64,000 bases of DNA from Methanobacteriota archaeon (GCA_002719815.1 PBET01000001.1:131-64130); one strand, 5' to 3'. Counted from the stretch's first letter, positions 47,005 to 57,692 are shown. A program made the numbers and translations. Notes: generated by a model from the sequence alone, not told the origin.

Positions 47005-48250
47005 GATTCCAAATTGTAAAGATACATCCTGATAGGATCATTAAACAAGCAAAGGAGAGAATTCCTTGTTGTAAATTGACATATCCGTTTTCGATTAAGA
47101 ATCCTGCCGAGATCGTTGAGATGACTTGACCAATGGACATAAGGAGCATGTCGGTCGAAAATACACGGCCTCGCATTTCATCTTCGACCCACTGTTGTGT
47201 TAGAACGGTCGAAAGCACCCAGTTTCCACCACTTGCTGTGTGCGCCAGTGTTACAAGGCATAATGTGAGCAACAATGGACCATCCAAACTCAGTCCAACG
47301 AGAAGGTAAAACATACCGCTCACAACAATGAGTAAACCAATTAATCGAGGCCATTTTTCAGAATCTTTGAAGAGTTGGCGAGCGAGGATCGGTCCTATAC
47401 CCGTACCAACCCCTCTCGCAAAGAAAAAGATTCCAAAGCCCAATGCTGCCCCTACAAAATCGATGTTGTTTCCAGCTAGGACCAAAAATACGCCTGCCAA
47501 ACCACCGCCGGCTATGTTCCATGATGTCTTTGCAAAAATAATACGAAAAAGACGTGGTTCGGATTGAATCCTTTTTTGCCCTATCCAAATATCTCGGAGA
47601 GAAGATGTGATAATTGACCCAGAAGATGCCTTATCGAATGATTGTGGGACATTCAGCGGTATAAGGAGCAATGTTCCAATAAGGAACGTTACTGAATCGA
47701 TGATGAATGCAACTGTCACGCCGTATTCGGATACGACAAGTCCACCTGCAAAGGCTCCGAGACAAAGAGCGGTGGACCACGTCGCACTATCCAATGCGTT
47801 TGCAGTTGCAAGGTCTTCTTCGGAAACAATGTTCGGCAATGCAGCCCTTTCTGCCGTGACATACAACCCATGCAGTGCCATCATCAATCCAGAACAGAGG
47901 AACATCCACCACATATCTTCGGGACCGTCAACCCAGATGAAGGCAAGGGCGAGAAAGATTTGGAAGATATTTGTAATGATCATCAGGTTCTTTCGATTCA
48001 CTCGATCAGCAAGCAAGCCAAAGAGAGGTTGCATGAGAGCAAAACTTCCCATGCGTACGGCCATGAGAATGCCCAGTAAGAGTTCAGAATCGGTATACTT
48101 CAGAATAATGAGAAAGAGGGCGATGGTATTGAACCATTCGCCAAACATCGATATGAAGGCCGCAAGCCAAAATTTCCGATATGTTTTATTCTCTTTTACA
48201 AGAGAAATGTAAGAATTTTTCCCCATTTGTTCACTATTCCTCTTCAGCAA
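46961..48250 (-). CDS. MFS transporter (MFS_3/EntS-like)
   Basis: 429 aa with 12 predicted TM helices. The N-terminus reads 'YRKFWLAAFISMFGEWFNTIALF'. An alternative ATG at 48226 would remove the overlap with the upstream gene. Confidence 0.75.
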   Translation of the reverse strand: MLKRNSEQMGKNSYISLVKENKTYRKFWLAAFISMFGEWFNTIALFLIILKYTDSELLLGILMAVRMGSFALMQPLFGLLADRVNRKNLMIITNIFQIFLALAFIWVDGPEDMWWMFLCSGLMMALHGLYVTAERAALPNIVSEEDLATANALDSATWSTALCLGAFAGGLVVSEYGVTVAFIIDSVTFLIGTLLLIPLNVPQSFDKASSGSIITSSLRDIWIGQKRIQSEPRLFRIIFAKTSWNIAGGGLAGVFLVLAGNNIDFVGAALGFGIFFFARGVGTGIGPILARQLFKDSEKWPRLIGLLIVVSGMFYLLVGLSLDGPLLLTLCLVTLAHTASGGNWVLSTVLTQQWVEDEMRGRVFSTDMLLMSIGQVISTISAGFLIENGYVNLQQGILSFACLMILSGCIFTIWNPKQKHTTHAYTQVA

Positions 48251-50522
48251 TCAACAAAGGAGATGTTGAGATGGAAACTTCAATCCACTTGGATGTTGGT
48301 GTATTGGAAATATCTGCGGTAGAATCCAGTGGTACAAGCTCATTTGCCTCAGGGAAATAAGCTGCAAGATTTCCTCGAGGGATTTCATACGGTACAACAA
48401 TCCAGTTGAGTGAGGTCCGTTTTGTTGTGTTAAAATGACTTGTCATGTCGACCACATCTCTTGTTTTTAGTCCCCTCTCAGACATATCGAGTGCATTCAT
48501 GAAAACAATTCTTCGATTGCCATGAACGCCGCGATAGCGATCATGTAAACCATAAATGGTCGTGTTATACTGGTCATGACTGCGTATAGTCATCAGTACA
48601 AAGTGATCGTTATCGACATGAACATTGGGTAACGGGTGCGTGGTAAATACAGCTTTACCCGATTCAGTAGCAAATTCGCAATTGTCCCTTGGAGGATTTG
48701 GCAAAAGGAATCCATTTGTCTCGCGTACCCGTGTGTTATAGTCCTCAAAGCCGTTCAGCGAATTGGCCATGAGGTCTCGGATGGAATCGTAATCGCTTCC
48801 AAGTGAAACCCAATCCAACAAATCTGGGCACAACTTATCACCTAGTCGTGCAATGAGTGAAGGTTCACTCAACAATGTAGAAGAGACTGGTTTCATATTT
48901 CCTTTGGAACGATGAACAACACCCATTGAGTTCTCAACGGTGACGAATTGTTCTCCGGATGAGGTTTGGTCGAGTTCAGTTCGACCCAATACTGGTAAAA
49001 TCAAGGCAGTTTCGCCTGTAATCAGATGACTGCGATTGAGTTTTGTTGAGACTTGAACAGTTAAACCAACGTTTTGAAGCGCTTTAGCCGTTCGTTTCGT
49101 ATCGGGTGTAGCAGATAGGAAATTTCCACCCATTGAAATAAACACATCAACATCTTGGCGTTCCATCGCATGAATCGCATGAACGACATCATAGCCATGT
49201 TTACGGGGTATTGAGAAATTTAGGCCTTGTTCGAGTTTTTCTATAAACAATTCAGATGGTGCTTCCCAGATGCCAACGGTCCGATCACCTTGAACATTCG
49301 AATGGCCACGTACTGGGCACAATCCAGCACCTGGGCGGCCAATATGGCCGCCGAGTAACAACAAATTGACGACTTCTTGAATAACTGCGACACCGTTACG
49401 ATGTTGAGTCAATCCCATGGCCCAACATGCTATGGTAGCGTTTGATCCTTCACATAATTGAGCCAACTGTTCAATAATTTCTCTGCTAATTCCAGAATCT
49501 TGCTCGATTTGATTCCATGAAAATTCATCAAGTGATTGTTTGAACTGTTCGAAATGAATTGTCTTGTGTTCGATAAATGATTGATCGAATGATTGTTGAT
49601 CAACGAGTAATTTCAAAACACCCTTGAGTAGCGCAGCATCTCCGCCAATTCGAACAGGAATGTGGAGATCAGCCAATTGTGTGGATTGGAAATCGCCTGA
49701 CATGTAATCTTGTGGATGTTTGAAACGTTGTAATCCAGTTTCAGGAAGAGGATTGATACTAACAATACGCGCACCTTTTTTCTTCGCATCACGTAATGCA
49801 GTCAGCATTCGTGGATGGTTTGTCCCCGGATTTTGGCCAACAACCAGAATCAAGTCAGACTGCTCAAAATCTTCAAGATGAACGGTTCCTTTTCCAATAC
49901 CAATCGTTTGTGAAAGTGCTTTGCCACTTGATTCATGACACATGTTTGAACAGTCAGGAAGGTTGTTTGAACCGAGTGCGCGTACAAGTGCTTGATAGAG
50001 AAAAGCAGCTTCATTTGACGTACGGCCAGATGTATAGTAGACGCCCCTTTCTGGTTTGTCCATTGATTTAATTGAAGAGGCAACCATATCGAGTGCTTCT
50101 TCCCAAGAAATGGATTCATAATGGGTTGCCTGTGGTCGTTTAATCATCGGATGAGCGAGCCTACCTTGGCGATTGAGCCAATAATCAGATTTATTCAAAA
50201 GGTCTTGGATCGAATGTTTTCGGAAAAAGCGTTCGTTGACATTAGCCTTCATTGCCTCATCTGCAACAGCCTTTGCTCCATTTTCACAAAACTCGAACGA
50301 CGTTCTGTGTTCAGGATCAGGCCATGCGCAACCAGGGCAGTCAAAACCTTCTTTTTGATTGACCATCAATAAGTTACGTACGGTTTTTGTCAATCCCATT
50401 TTCCGAATTCCATGATTTAATGAGGATACAGCGGCAGGAATTCCTGCTGCTGTTTGTTTGACCTTCGTGAGACGCAGCCCATTCGTATCAGGCGGTGTCG
50501 AGCCGTCAAATGGGTCTCTCAT
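48234..50522 (-). CDS. Molybdopterin oxidoreductase, YdeP/FdhF-like alpha subunit
   Basis: 762 aa with the N-terminal Cys cluster 'GFDCPGCAWPDPEH...FCENGAKAV' typical of the YdeP group. MopB body motifs are 'VVGQNPGTNHPR' and 'GHSNVQGDR'. Confidence 0.8.
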   Translation of the reverse strand: MRDPFDGSTPPDTNGLRLTKVKQTAAGIPAAVSSLNHGIRKMGLTKTVRNLLMVNQKEGFDCPGCAWPDPEHRTSFEFCENGAKAVADEAMKANVNERFFRKHSIQDLLNKSDYWLNRQGRLAHPMIKRPQATHYESISWEEALDMVASSIKSMDKPERGVYYTSGRTSNEAAFLYQALVRALGSNNLPDCSNMCHESSGKALSQTIGIGKGTVHLEDFEQSDLILVVGQNPGTNHPRMLTALRDAKKKGARIVSINPLPETGLQRFKHPQDYMSGDFQSTQLADLHIPVRIGGDAALLKGVLKLLVDQQSFDQSFIEHKTIHFEQFKQSLDEFSWNQIEQDSGISREIIEQLAQLCEGSNATIACWAMGLTQHRNGVAVIQEVVNLLLLGGHIGRPGAGLCPVRGHSNVQGDRTVGIWEAPSELFIEKLEQGLNFSIPRKHGYDVVHAIHAMERQDVDVFISMGGNFLSATPDTKRTAKALQNVGLTVQVSTKLNRSHLITGETALILPVLGRTELDQTSSGEQFVTVENSMGVVHRSKGNMKPVSSTLLSEPSLIARLGDKLCPDLLDWVSLGSDYDSIRDLMANSLNGFEDYNTRVRETNGFLLPNPPRDNCEFATESGKAVFTTHPLPNVHVDNDHFVLMTIRSHDQYNTTIYGLHDRYRGVHGNRRIVFMNALDMSERGLKTRDVVDMTSHFNTTKRTSLNWIVVPYEIPRGNLAAYFPEANELVPLDSTADISNTPTSKWIEVSISTSPLLIAEEE

Positions 50523-50534
50523 ACAACTTCCAAT

Positions 50535-51347
50535 TCAATTCGACTCATCAATGCTTGGTGACATTTCTGCAGAATGTCCCACTTTCCATGCGCCATCCTG
50601 TCGCACAAAGCCGTACAAAGTAAGATTATGTTGGCGTGCAAGGTCAACGGCTGCTGATGAAAATGCGCCAAGGGATGCTATAGTAGAAATACCGGTGCGA
50701 ACCGCTTTTGCGACGATATCCCAGCCACACCTTCCAGAAAGGAGGAGTATTGTGTCATTGAAGTCAGCCATGCCCTCGAGCACGGCCTTTCCAATTGTTT
50801 TGTCAACAGTATTGTGCCGCCCAATATCTTCGGAAACGAAGGCAAGTTTGGCATCCGGCATGATAAGACCAGAACCATGACATCCCCCTGTTGATTGGAA
50901 TAAAGTCATAGAGGATGATAGCGAGGATAAGGCCTTGTGAACAAACTCCAGTTGAGCATCGGCGAATATCGAAGTTGGTTGCTTTTTTGCAACAACGTCG
51001 ACAAGAAGATCTGGATGGTTGCAAGCGCCACATGAAGAAGTAATCATACGATGTTGAACATGTTGAAGAAGTTGGCCTCGATATGATACCGCATATCCAT
51101 CTTGGTCGTTCTGAGTTATGGACTCTCGCTGAATTGATGTTGCATACCCTTCCGAAATAAGATGTCCAGCAAGCAACTCTACCAAATCAATAGGTGTTGC
51201 TAGCAACGTTGCAAATGAATATAATTTGTTCTTATCATTGAGTGCTTGCAACTTAACTGCTGATTCCTTAACAAGATGTTCGGCTTGAATATCGGCGCCA
51301 GTTGTTGTGATCCGTTGCAAAGGTGTGTGATGACTCGATCTATTCAT
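50535..51347 (-). CDS. fdhD: Formate dehydrogenase accessory sulfurtransferase FdhD
   Basis: 'ITSSCGACN', 'TGGCHGSGL' and 'EDIGRHNTVDKTIG'. The ORF opens at 51392, and the ATG at 51347 shortens the overlap with tsr3. Confidence 0.85.
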   Translation of the reverse strand: MNRSSHHTPLQRITTTGADIQAEHLVKESAVKLQALNDKNKLYSFATLLATPIDLVELLAGHLISEGYATSIQRESITQNDQDGYAVSYRGQLLQHVQHRMITSSCGACNHPDLLVDVVAKKQPTSIFADAQLEFVHKALSSLSSSMTLFQSTGGCHGSGLIMPDAKLAFVSEDIGRHNTVDKTIGKAVLEGMADFNDTILLLSGRCGWDIVAKAVRTGISTIASLGAFSSAAVDLARQHNLTLYGFVRQDGAWKVGHSAEMSPSIDESN

Positions 51348-51882
51348 CGGTATCAACCTCAATATCAAAGAATTCAAACTGTAATGCAACAAGATCAGCA
51401 GAACTTTTTGCCTCCGAATATGCTTCTAATGGTTCCTTATTCAATTCTAAAAACCGTTCACCCCATCGAAATTTACTCAATAAGGTGCGACATTGTTCTG
51501 GCCGACCTAGGAGATAAAGAGAAGCAGCTAGTGCTTCTACGGTTGTTAATTTACCAGGTTTGCCCCAGTTCACAGGATTTGCAGCTAACAACAACGGTAA
51601 CATTCTGGGCTGAAGTCGTGTCCTGTTCATGACTTGTTGAACCGAATCTTCAATTTGCGCCCATGAGCAATCAAGGCCTACCAAGGCTCCATTTTTATCG
51701 AATAGTTCACGATCTTCAGGACCCAATACCTTACCACATAGTGGTTCGAGGATGATGCCTCGTTTTGGCAATCGCCTCATATCCTTATGCAGTCGTAGAA
51801 GGTTATCTTTTGATGCGCGTACAGCTGTATTCTTCTTGGGATCATCCTGGGCTAACCAAATAGCATGAACTGGAATTTCCAT
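51340..51882 (-). CDS. tsr3: 16S rRNA aminocarboxypropyltransferase Tsr3
   Basis: 'LVGLDCSWAQIE' and 'LLAANPVNWGKPGKLTTVEALAASLYLLG' are Tsr3/DUF367 motifs. ATG 51882 lies just after the MBF1 stop. Confidence 0.8.
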   Translation of the reverse strand: MEIPVHAIWLAQDDPKKNTAVRASKDNLLRLHKDMRRLPKRGIILEPLCGKVLGPEDRELFDKNGALVGLDCSWAQIEDSVQQVMNRTRLQPRMLPLLLAANPVNWGKPGKLTTVEALAASLYLLGRPEQCRTLLSKFRWGERFLELNKEPLEAYSEAKSSADLVALQFEFFDIEVDTDE

Positions 51883-51886
51883 GTAT

Positions 51887-52408
51887 TCACCGCAAATCTT
51901 TGAGATAATCACCGATTGTCATTCCTCGACTTGACGAACCTTTTCCAATCATCGTTTGGTGATCGTGTTCTGATTCGACCATCAGCTCAATTCCTAGAAT
52001 CATTTCAAATTTCTTTACAACTGAATCGGTTGGAGGTTTTCCAGATTCTGCCGATTTGATGACATTGATTGTTTCCGCCATTCTTTGGCCCAGTTGGGCT
52101 TGATTCCAACCTCTTGCCTCACGAGCGTTGACGATTCGACGAGCAAAATCGTCGGCCAATTCCTTTTCAGCCTTGTTCATAATGTTGTTTTTTCGAAAAG
52201 TACGAGGTTTCGGAGTTGTCGTAGGATTCCTACGAGCGCGAGCAAGACCTGGTGCTTCTTCTTTAGGGCCAAGATTCAGTTGTGCAACACATTTTGGACA
52301 GATGGCTAGCATCGCCTTGTTGACGCGATATTCGCGTAAAGATACATTTGTCGCACCACATAATTCACAATCGCCCATAACATCCCCATTTTCTCCTTGG
52401 CCCGACAT
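51887..52408 (-). CDS. mbf1: Archaeal multiprotein-bridging factor 1 (zinc ribbon plus XRE HTH)
   Basis: 'CELCGATN...AICPKCV' ribbon, then 'REARGWNQAQLGQRMAETINVIKSAESGK'. Confidence 0.8.
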   Translation of the reverse strand: MSGQGENGDVMGDCELCGATNVSLREYRVNKAMLAICPKCVAQLNLGPKEEAPGLARARRNPTTTPKPRTFRKNNIMNKAEKELADDFARRIVNAREARGWNQAQLGQRMAETINVIKSAESGKPPTDSVVKKFEMILGIELMVESEHDHQTMIGKGSSSRGMTIGDYLKDLR

Positions 52409-52484
52409 ATGATGAACCCTTCGCTATCGCATAGGGGAAGACGATGTATTGATGAACTGTGGCCACGAGGGATAATTGATTGCG

Positions 52485-53705
52485 ATGGGCACCGAAGTAG
52501 AACGAAATTCTGATTCTGTCAGCAACAACAAGGATGACGATGTTAAATCCCTTGAGCAAGATTTCCGTCGGTTGCAAGAAAAGACGCAAGAATTGATCAG
52601 CGAACGCACACACATCGAATCCGAACTTCGCGCTATGAAGAAGCAAGCAGGTCGGCTTGAGGAGGAAGTTCGTCACTTACGTGCTCCGCCACTAATCGTG
52701 GGTACATTGCAAGATGTTCTTGATCCAGAGCGGGCTATTGTCCGATCTTCGAATGGAACGGTTTTCCAAGTATCCCTGAACCAGCGAATTGAACCAGAAT
52801 TGTTGAAGCCAGGAACAAGGGTTGCTTTGAATCAGGATTCGCTTTCGTTGGTCGAAGTTCTCCATGATGCATGGGATCCAATCGTTAGTGGTTCGGAAAT
52901 GGTCGAAAAGCCTGACATCACCTACGAAATGGTAGCAGGTTTGGATGATGAGATTTTATCCGTACGAGAAGCCATAGAACTTCCACTTACCAAGCCAGAA
53001 TTGTTTGCCAAAGTCGGTATTAAGCCTCCGAAAGGTATTCTTCTTGTTGGACCTCCAGGCTGTGGAAAAACCCTGCTTGCAAAAGCCGTTGCAAATCATA
53101 CAAAAGCCACATTTATTCGAATGGTTGGTTCTGAACTTGCACAGAAGTATATTGGAGAAGGTGGTCGACTCGTACGAGAACTGTTCTCCTTGGCCAAAGA
53201 CAAATCGCCTGCTATTATCTTCCTCGATGAAATCGATGCGATTGGAGCCAAACGACTTGATGGTTCAACAAGTGGCGATCGAGAAGTTCAAAGAACACTC
53301 ATGCAGTTGCTCGCAGAGTTGGATGGGTTCGATGAGCTTGAACATGTCAAGATTATTGCCGCAACCAACCGACCAGACATTTTGGATGACGCATTACTTC
53401 GACCAGGCAGGTTTGATCGAATTATCGAAATACCCATTCCAGAGGAAGATTCGAGAAAGGCGATCTTGGAACTCCATCTTTCATCCATGAATACGAAAAA
53501 CGTCCGACTTCCTGTTATTGCCAAGGCAACATCAAGGTTTAGTGGTGCGGAGCTTAAGGCAACATGTGTGGAGGCAGGAATGATTGCAATTCGGTCAGAC
53601 CGAGACACGGTCTTACACAAGGATGTCATGCAAGCAATTGAACGCTTGAACAAGAAAAAGTCTCAATCAGGTTCAACATCATCGCCTGATGGATTGTATG
53701 GCTAA
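52485..53705 (+). CDS. pan: Proteasome-activating nucleotidase
   Basis: Coiled-coil N-terminus, OB segment '[12 protein letters not shown]', Walker A '[15 protein letters not shown]', '[10 protein letters not shown]' and '[22 protein letters not shown]'. The C-terminus ends 'LYG' (HbYX-like). The ORF opens with TTG at 52476, and the first ATG is at 52485. Confidence 0.92.
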   Translation: MGTEVERNSDSVSNNKDDDVKSLEQDFRRLQEKTQELISERTHIESELRAMKKQAGRLEEEVRHLRAPPLIVGTLQDVLDPERAIVRSSNGTVFQVSLNQRIEPELLKPGTRVALNQDSLSLVEVLHDAWDPIVSGSEMVEKPDITYEMVAGLDDEILSVREAIELPLTKPELFAKVGIKPPKGILLVGPPGCGKTLLAKAVANHTKATFIRMVGSELAQKYIGEGGRLVRELFSLAKDKSPAIIFLDEIDAIGAKRLDGSTSGDREVQRTLMQLLAELDGFDELEHVKIIAATNRPDILDDALLRPGRFDRIIEIPIPEEDSRKAILELHLSSMNTKNVRLPVIAKATSRFSGAELKATCVEAGMIAIRSDRDTVLHKDVMQAIERLNKKKSQSGSTSSPDGLYG

Positions 53706-53744
53706 AGGGTCAATGTTCAAAGTCCGGCCTGAGAACCAGCAATT

Positions 53745-54785
53745 ATGTCCGAGCAAATTGTTGAATGCGTCCCCAACATCTCTGAAGGAAGGGATGAAGA
53801 GAAAATCAACAGGATTGTTGATGCAGCACGAATTGATGGTGTAAAAATTCTTGGCGTAGAACCAGATCCAGATTACAATCGAACAGTCATCACGTTTGCT
53901 GGGACTATGAAAGAAGTGGAGCTTGCCGCTATTCAGCTCATTCGCAAAGCAATCGAAGAAATTGATATGCGCACACATTCAGGTGAGCATCCTCGTATGG
54001 GTTGTGTTGATGTGTGCCCTTTTATTCCAATCTCGAATTCGACGATGGATGATTGTGTGAACATTGCGCAACGTGTTGCAGAAGAAATTGCTCACCTTGA
54101 TGTTCCGGTTTTTCTCTATGGTTATGCGGCAGTTGCTGAATCCAGACGATTATTATCGACACTCAGGAAAGGTGAATATGAAGGATTGGAAGCACGTTTT
54201 GCTGACAACTCAGCCCTCCACGGAGATGAAACTCGGCTACCGGATCTAGGAGCCACTTCTTGGAATGAATCGTCCCAAAAGAGTGGTGGCATCACAATAG
54301 GTGCTCGAGACATCTTGTTAGCATACAATGTGAACATCGATGATGCAGACCCATATGTTGCACAACAAATTGGATCACTCGTACGAAGTTCTGGACGTTT
54401 AATCAAGTCAGAAGACGGAGAGAGAAAATTCCGAACAAAAGGCCTTCTGCAACACGTACAAGGCATGGGTGTTCCCTTAGAATCGCATAATATTAGCCAA
54501 GTTTCGATGAATTTGCAGAATTACAGGATTACAAATCTACATCATGCATTCGACTGTATTGCTTCTCTTTGTAAAAATATGAAGAGCAGGCCGAAAGGCA
54601 GTGAACTTGTGGGTCTTGTGCCGCTCGATGCGATGGTCGAATCGGGGAAATGGTACATTGGAGAAGGACATTCTGATGAGGCATACATTGATGCAGCAAT
54701 CGAACACCTCGGATTGAATTCCATTGGACCATTCAATCCAAGAGAACGCATCATTGAATGGGCAATTCAGGAGGGAGAGGAGTGA
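53745..54785 (+). CDS. Glutamate formiminotransferase (stand-alone FT domain)
   Basis: 'IVECVPNISEGRDEEKI', 'DYNRTVITFAG' and 'HPRMGCVDVCPFIP'. Confidence 0.88.
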   Translation: MSEQIVECVPNISEGRDEEKINRIVDAARIDGVKILGVEPDPDYNRTVITFAGTMKEVELAAIQLIRKAIEEIDMRTHSGEHPRMGCVDVCPFIPISNSTMDDCVNIAQRVAEEIAHLDVPVFLYGYAAVAESRRLLSTLRKGEYEGLEARFADNSALHGDETRLPDLGATSWNESSQKSGGITIGARDILLAYNVNIDDADPYVAQQIGSLVRSSGRLIKSEDGERKFRTKGLLQHVQGMGVPLESHNISQVSMNLQNYRITNLHHAFDCIASLCKNMKSRPKGSELVGLVPLDAMVESGKWYIGEGHSDEAYIDAAIEHLGLNSIGPFNPRERIIEWAIQEGEE

Positions 54786-55414
54786 CTTGGGCGAAGAAGA
54801 CGTTGAAAGAATTTCAAGATGCGTTAGCAAGTAGTGATCCTACTCCTGGAGGCGGTTCGGCTGCTGCAGTTGCCTTGGGCCAAGCAGCAGCACTTGCTGT
54901 AATGGTGAGTGAATTGACTCTCGCAAAGGAATCTCTCTCAGATGGCTGGAGTATATCAGAACAGGTCAAATTTGTTGCAGAACCATTTCTAAAAACAGGC
55001 CTGGAATTAGCGACAAGCGATAGTGATGCATTTGATGCAGTAGTTGCATCGTTTCGCCTTCCGAAGGAGACAGATGAGGATAAAGAAAAGCGAAGAGATG
55101 CAATTCGTTTAGCTACATTAGGGGCTGCTGAAGTACCCTATCAGACAGCTACGAGTGCGTTACAACTTCTAAGATTATTACCGGAACTTGCTGAAAAGGG
55201 GAATCCAAATGCGGCATCAGATGTTGGTGTTTCTGCACTTCTCGCATCAGCTGCGCTCAAAGGTGCAATTTTCAATGTTGAAATTAATCTTCAATCATTA
55301 CCCACTGAAATGGGAATGGAGATGAGAGAAAATCTTGCCAATTTAATCGAGGAAGGAAGAGTCTACTCAAGAATGAGTATGGACGCTGTTCGAGAACGCT
55401 TAGCGAACTCGTGA
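54782..55414 (+). CDS. Formimidoyltetrahydrofolate cyclodeaminase (stand-alone CD domain)
   Basis: 'PTPGGGSAAAVALGQAAALAVMV' and 'NPNAASDVGVSALLASAALKGAIFNVEINL'. The likely GTG start at 54782 overlaps the FT stop (GTGA). An alternative ATG lies at 54758. Confidence 0.85.
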   Translation: MTWAKKTLKEFQDALASSDPTPGGGSAAAVALGQAAALAVMVSELTLAKESLSDGWSISEQVKFVAEPFLKTGLELATSDSDAFDAVVASFRLPKETDEDKEKRRDAIRLATLGAAEVPYQTATSALQLLRLLPELAEKGNPNAASDVGVSALLASAALKGAIFNVEINLQSLPTEMGMEMRENLANLIEEGRVYSRMSMDAVRERLANS

Positions 55415-57643
55415 ACCTGTCGAAATCTCTCCATCGACTGTAATCAAACGTACAACATCGTTGCCGTCATCTGCTGCAAGCATCATGCCCTCGCTCAAGA
55501 TGCCACGTAAAGGACGTGGTTTGAGATTTGCAACGAACACGACCGATTTGTTGAGAAGTTCATCGGGCGTATAATAGGCTTTTATTCCAGCGCAAATTGT
55601 TCGACCTTGTTCACTTCCATCATCAAGTTTTACGACATACAATCGATCTGCATCAGGGTGATCTTCAACGGACGTAATCTGTCCAACTCGAAGATCGACT
55701 TTCATGAATGTGTCAAAATCAAGATATTCTATTCCTTCAGGTGCTTCATTCTTCATGTTCTTCTTCTCCTTTTTTCCGCCCTTGACACTGTGTGTCAAAT
55801 CATGTCCTTCTTCTTGAGTTTCAATATAGGACTGTTCTTCCTTAACAATTTCATCGACATCGAGTCGTTTGAATAATGGTTCGTAGGAACTTGATGGATG
55901 CTCAACAGAGACGTTCCAGTCAATGGCTTCATCCCAATGTACATCTTCGATTTTTGTTGAAATCCCTAACATATTCCACAACCGTTGTGCACTAAAAGGC
56001 AAGAATGGTTGTGTAACGATTGCAAGATATCTGCAAATTCTCCAGCCAAATGCGAGTGAAGCCAGTGAATCGTTACGCCCGTCCGCATCAACTTCTGTTT
56101 TCAAGTGCTTCCAAGGCGTTGCAGATTGAAGCATTTGATTACCATGTTGAGCAGCAGTCATCGCAGTTCTCAACGCTTCTTTGTAACGATGTTTTTCCAA
56201 TGATAGGGTCATATTTGCATGCAACGATTCGAGCGTTGAACACAACTCTGTATACGTTTCAATTGAATCAAATGCGGGTAATTGTTCTCCACCAGGAGTG
56301 TCTGGAAGCCGTGCAGATAATGAAAGTACACGATTTGCGAAGTTTCCATACGTTGCGATAAGTTCATTGTTGATTCGATCAACAAACTCATTCCACGTAA
56401 AATCTGTATCGTGGGATTCAGGCATGTTAATGCTTAGATAATATCGAAGCGTATCTGGATCAAATCGCTCAAGGAAGGATGGTAGCCAAATCGCATGTTT
56501 TCTCGATTTCGAAAACTGCCCTCCTGCTAACATCAAATATTCCATTGCCGGAACATTGTCCTCAAGTCGTAGATCACCTGAGGATGGGAGAGAGATCGGG
56601 TCATTCGCAGTTTTTCCATTACGAACATGATTCAAACCCATCAAAATTGCAGGCCAAATAACGGTATGGAAAGGAACATTATCTTTCCCTAGGAAGTAGT
56701 AATGCCGTTGATTTTTGTTCGAATCTTCGATCCACCAGCTCTCCCAAGAAGACTCATCATCAAACGTTTCGGACCAAATTTGTGAGCATGTCAAATAGCC
56801 TTGCACTGCTTCAAACCATACATAGATGCATTTTCCTTCCCAATCATCTCCTTCAAGCGGTACTTGAATTCCCCATTCCAAATCACGTGTCACTGCACGA
56901 GGTCGAAGCCCCATATCGAGCCATTGTTTTGTCATAGCGCGGACATTTGGTTTCCAAACCGATTGATGTTGTTCGGCATGAATTTGAAGAGCCTCTTGAA
57001 ACAAGTCGAGACGGTAGAATAGGTGGTCTGTGTCACGAATTTCAACCTTTAATTCTGGGTTCATCTTTGACACAGGATTTTTGAGTTCTGAGGATTCATA
57101 GGTTGCTCCACACGCATCGCATTGGTCGCCTCGTGCACCATCTGCTCCACATGCAGGACATGTACCTTCGATGTATCGGTCAGGGAGAAATCGCCCTCCG
57201 CCGTCATCGTGAACTTCAAAATATTGTTGCATTGTACGTCGTTCAAAGAAACCAGCATCATAGAGTGCTTTGAAATTCTCTTGGACCTTGTCTTTGTGAC
57301 GATCATCGCTGGTTCTGTTAAACAATGAGCCACCATATTCGATTCCTCGTGGATCAATATTCGGCAACCATGTGCACCCTAATTCCAGCAATGCCTGTGT
57401 GTTAATGGCATGATATTGATCAACAATTTGTTGTGGATTGACACCATCTTGTTCAGCTGTAACCGTAATCGGAGTCCCATGTTCATCCGATCCTGAAACC
57501 ATTAAGACGCGATTTCCACGCAGACGCTCAAACCGGGCATAAATATCTGGAGGGAGATAGCAACCAGCGACATGCCCCAAGTGCAGTGGGCCGTTTGCAT
57601 ACGGCCATGCTACACAAACGAGAACATGGTCTCCTTCCGCCAT
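55400..57643 (-). CDS. metG: Methionine--tRNA ligase with a C-terminal EMAP/Trbp111 tRNA-binding domain
   Basis: HIGH motif 'PLHLGHVAG', zinc knuckles 'CPACG...CDACG', KMSKS motif 'QFSKSRKH', and C-terminal 'VDLRVGQITSVEDHPDADRLYV'. Confidence 0.93.
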   Translation of the reverse strand: MAEGDHVLVCVAWPYANGPLHLGHVAGCYLPPDIYARFERLRGNRVLMVSGSDEHGTPITVTAEQDGVNPQQIVDQYHAINTQALLELGCTWLPNIDPRGIEYGGSLFNRTSDDRHKDKVQENFKALYDAGFFERRTMQQYFEVHDDGGGRFLPDRYIEGTCPACGADGARGDQCDACGATYESSELKNPVSKMNPELKVEIRDTDHLFYRLDLFQEALQIHAEQHQSVWKPNVRAMTKQWLDMGLRPRAVTRDLEWGIQVPLEGDDWEGKCIYVWFEAVQGYLTCSQIWSETFDDESSWESWWIEDSNKNQRHYYFLGKDNVPFHTVIWPAILMGLNHVRNGKTANDPISLPSSGDLRLEDNVPAMEYLMLAGGQFSKSRKHAIWLPSFLERFDPDTLRYYLSINMPESHDTDFTWNEFVDRINNELIATYGNFANRVLSLSARLPDTPGGEQLPAFDSIETYTELCSTLESLHANMTLSLEKHRYKEALRTAMTAAQHGNQMLQSATPWKHLKTEVDADGRNDSLASLAFGWRICRYLAIVTQPFLPFSAQRLWNMLGISTKIEDVHWDEAIDWNVSVEHPSSSYEPLFKRLDVDEIVKEEQSYIETQEEGHDLTHSVKGGKKEKKNMKNEAPEGIEYLDFDTFMKVDLRVGQITSVEDHPDADRLYVVKLDDGSEQGRTICAGIKAYYTPDELLNKSVVFVANLKPRPLRGILSEGMMLAADDGNDVVRLITVDGEISTGSRVR

Positions 57644-57679
57644 AGCAATCGCTAACAGGCATTGATTTTCAAATCAACC

Positions 57680-57692
57680 CTTTTATTCAAAT
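57680..57692. promoter_or_regulatory. Candidate TATA element in the divergent metG/CNNM intergenic region
   Basis: 'CCCTTTTATTCAAATG' lies 37 nt from the metG ATG (minus strand) and 71 nt from the CNNM ATG. It closely resembles the element at 23340. Confidence 0.2.

Noticed and set aside
47607-48212. 201-aa ORF antisense to the MFS transporter
   Set aside because: The opposite strand encodes an uninterrupted 12-TM transporter. The antisense product is an Arg/Ser/Ala-rich low-complexity artefact.
53005-53490. 161-aa alternative-frame ORF inside pan
   Set aside because: The PAN frame carries Walker A/B and second-region-of-homology motifs throughout. The alternative frame has no support.
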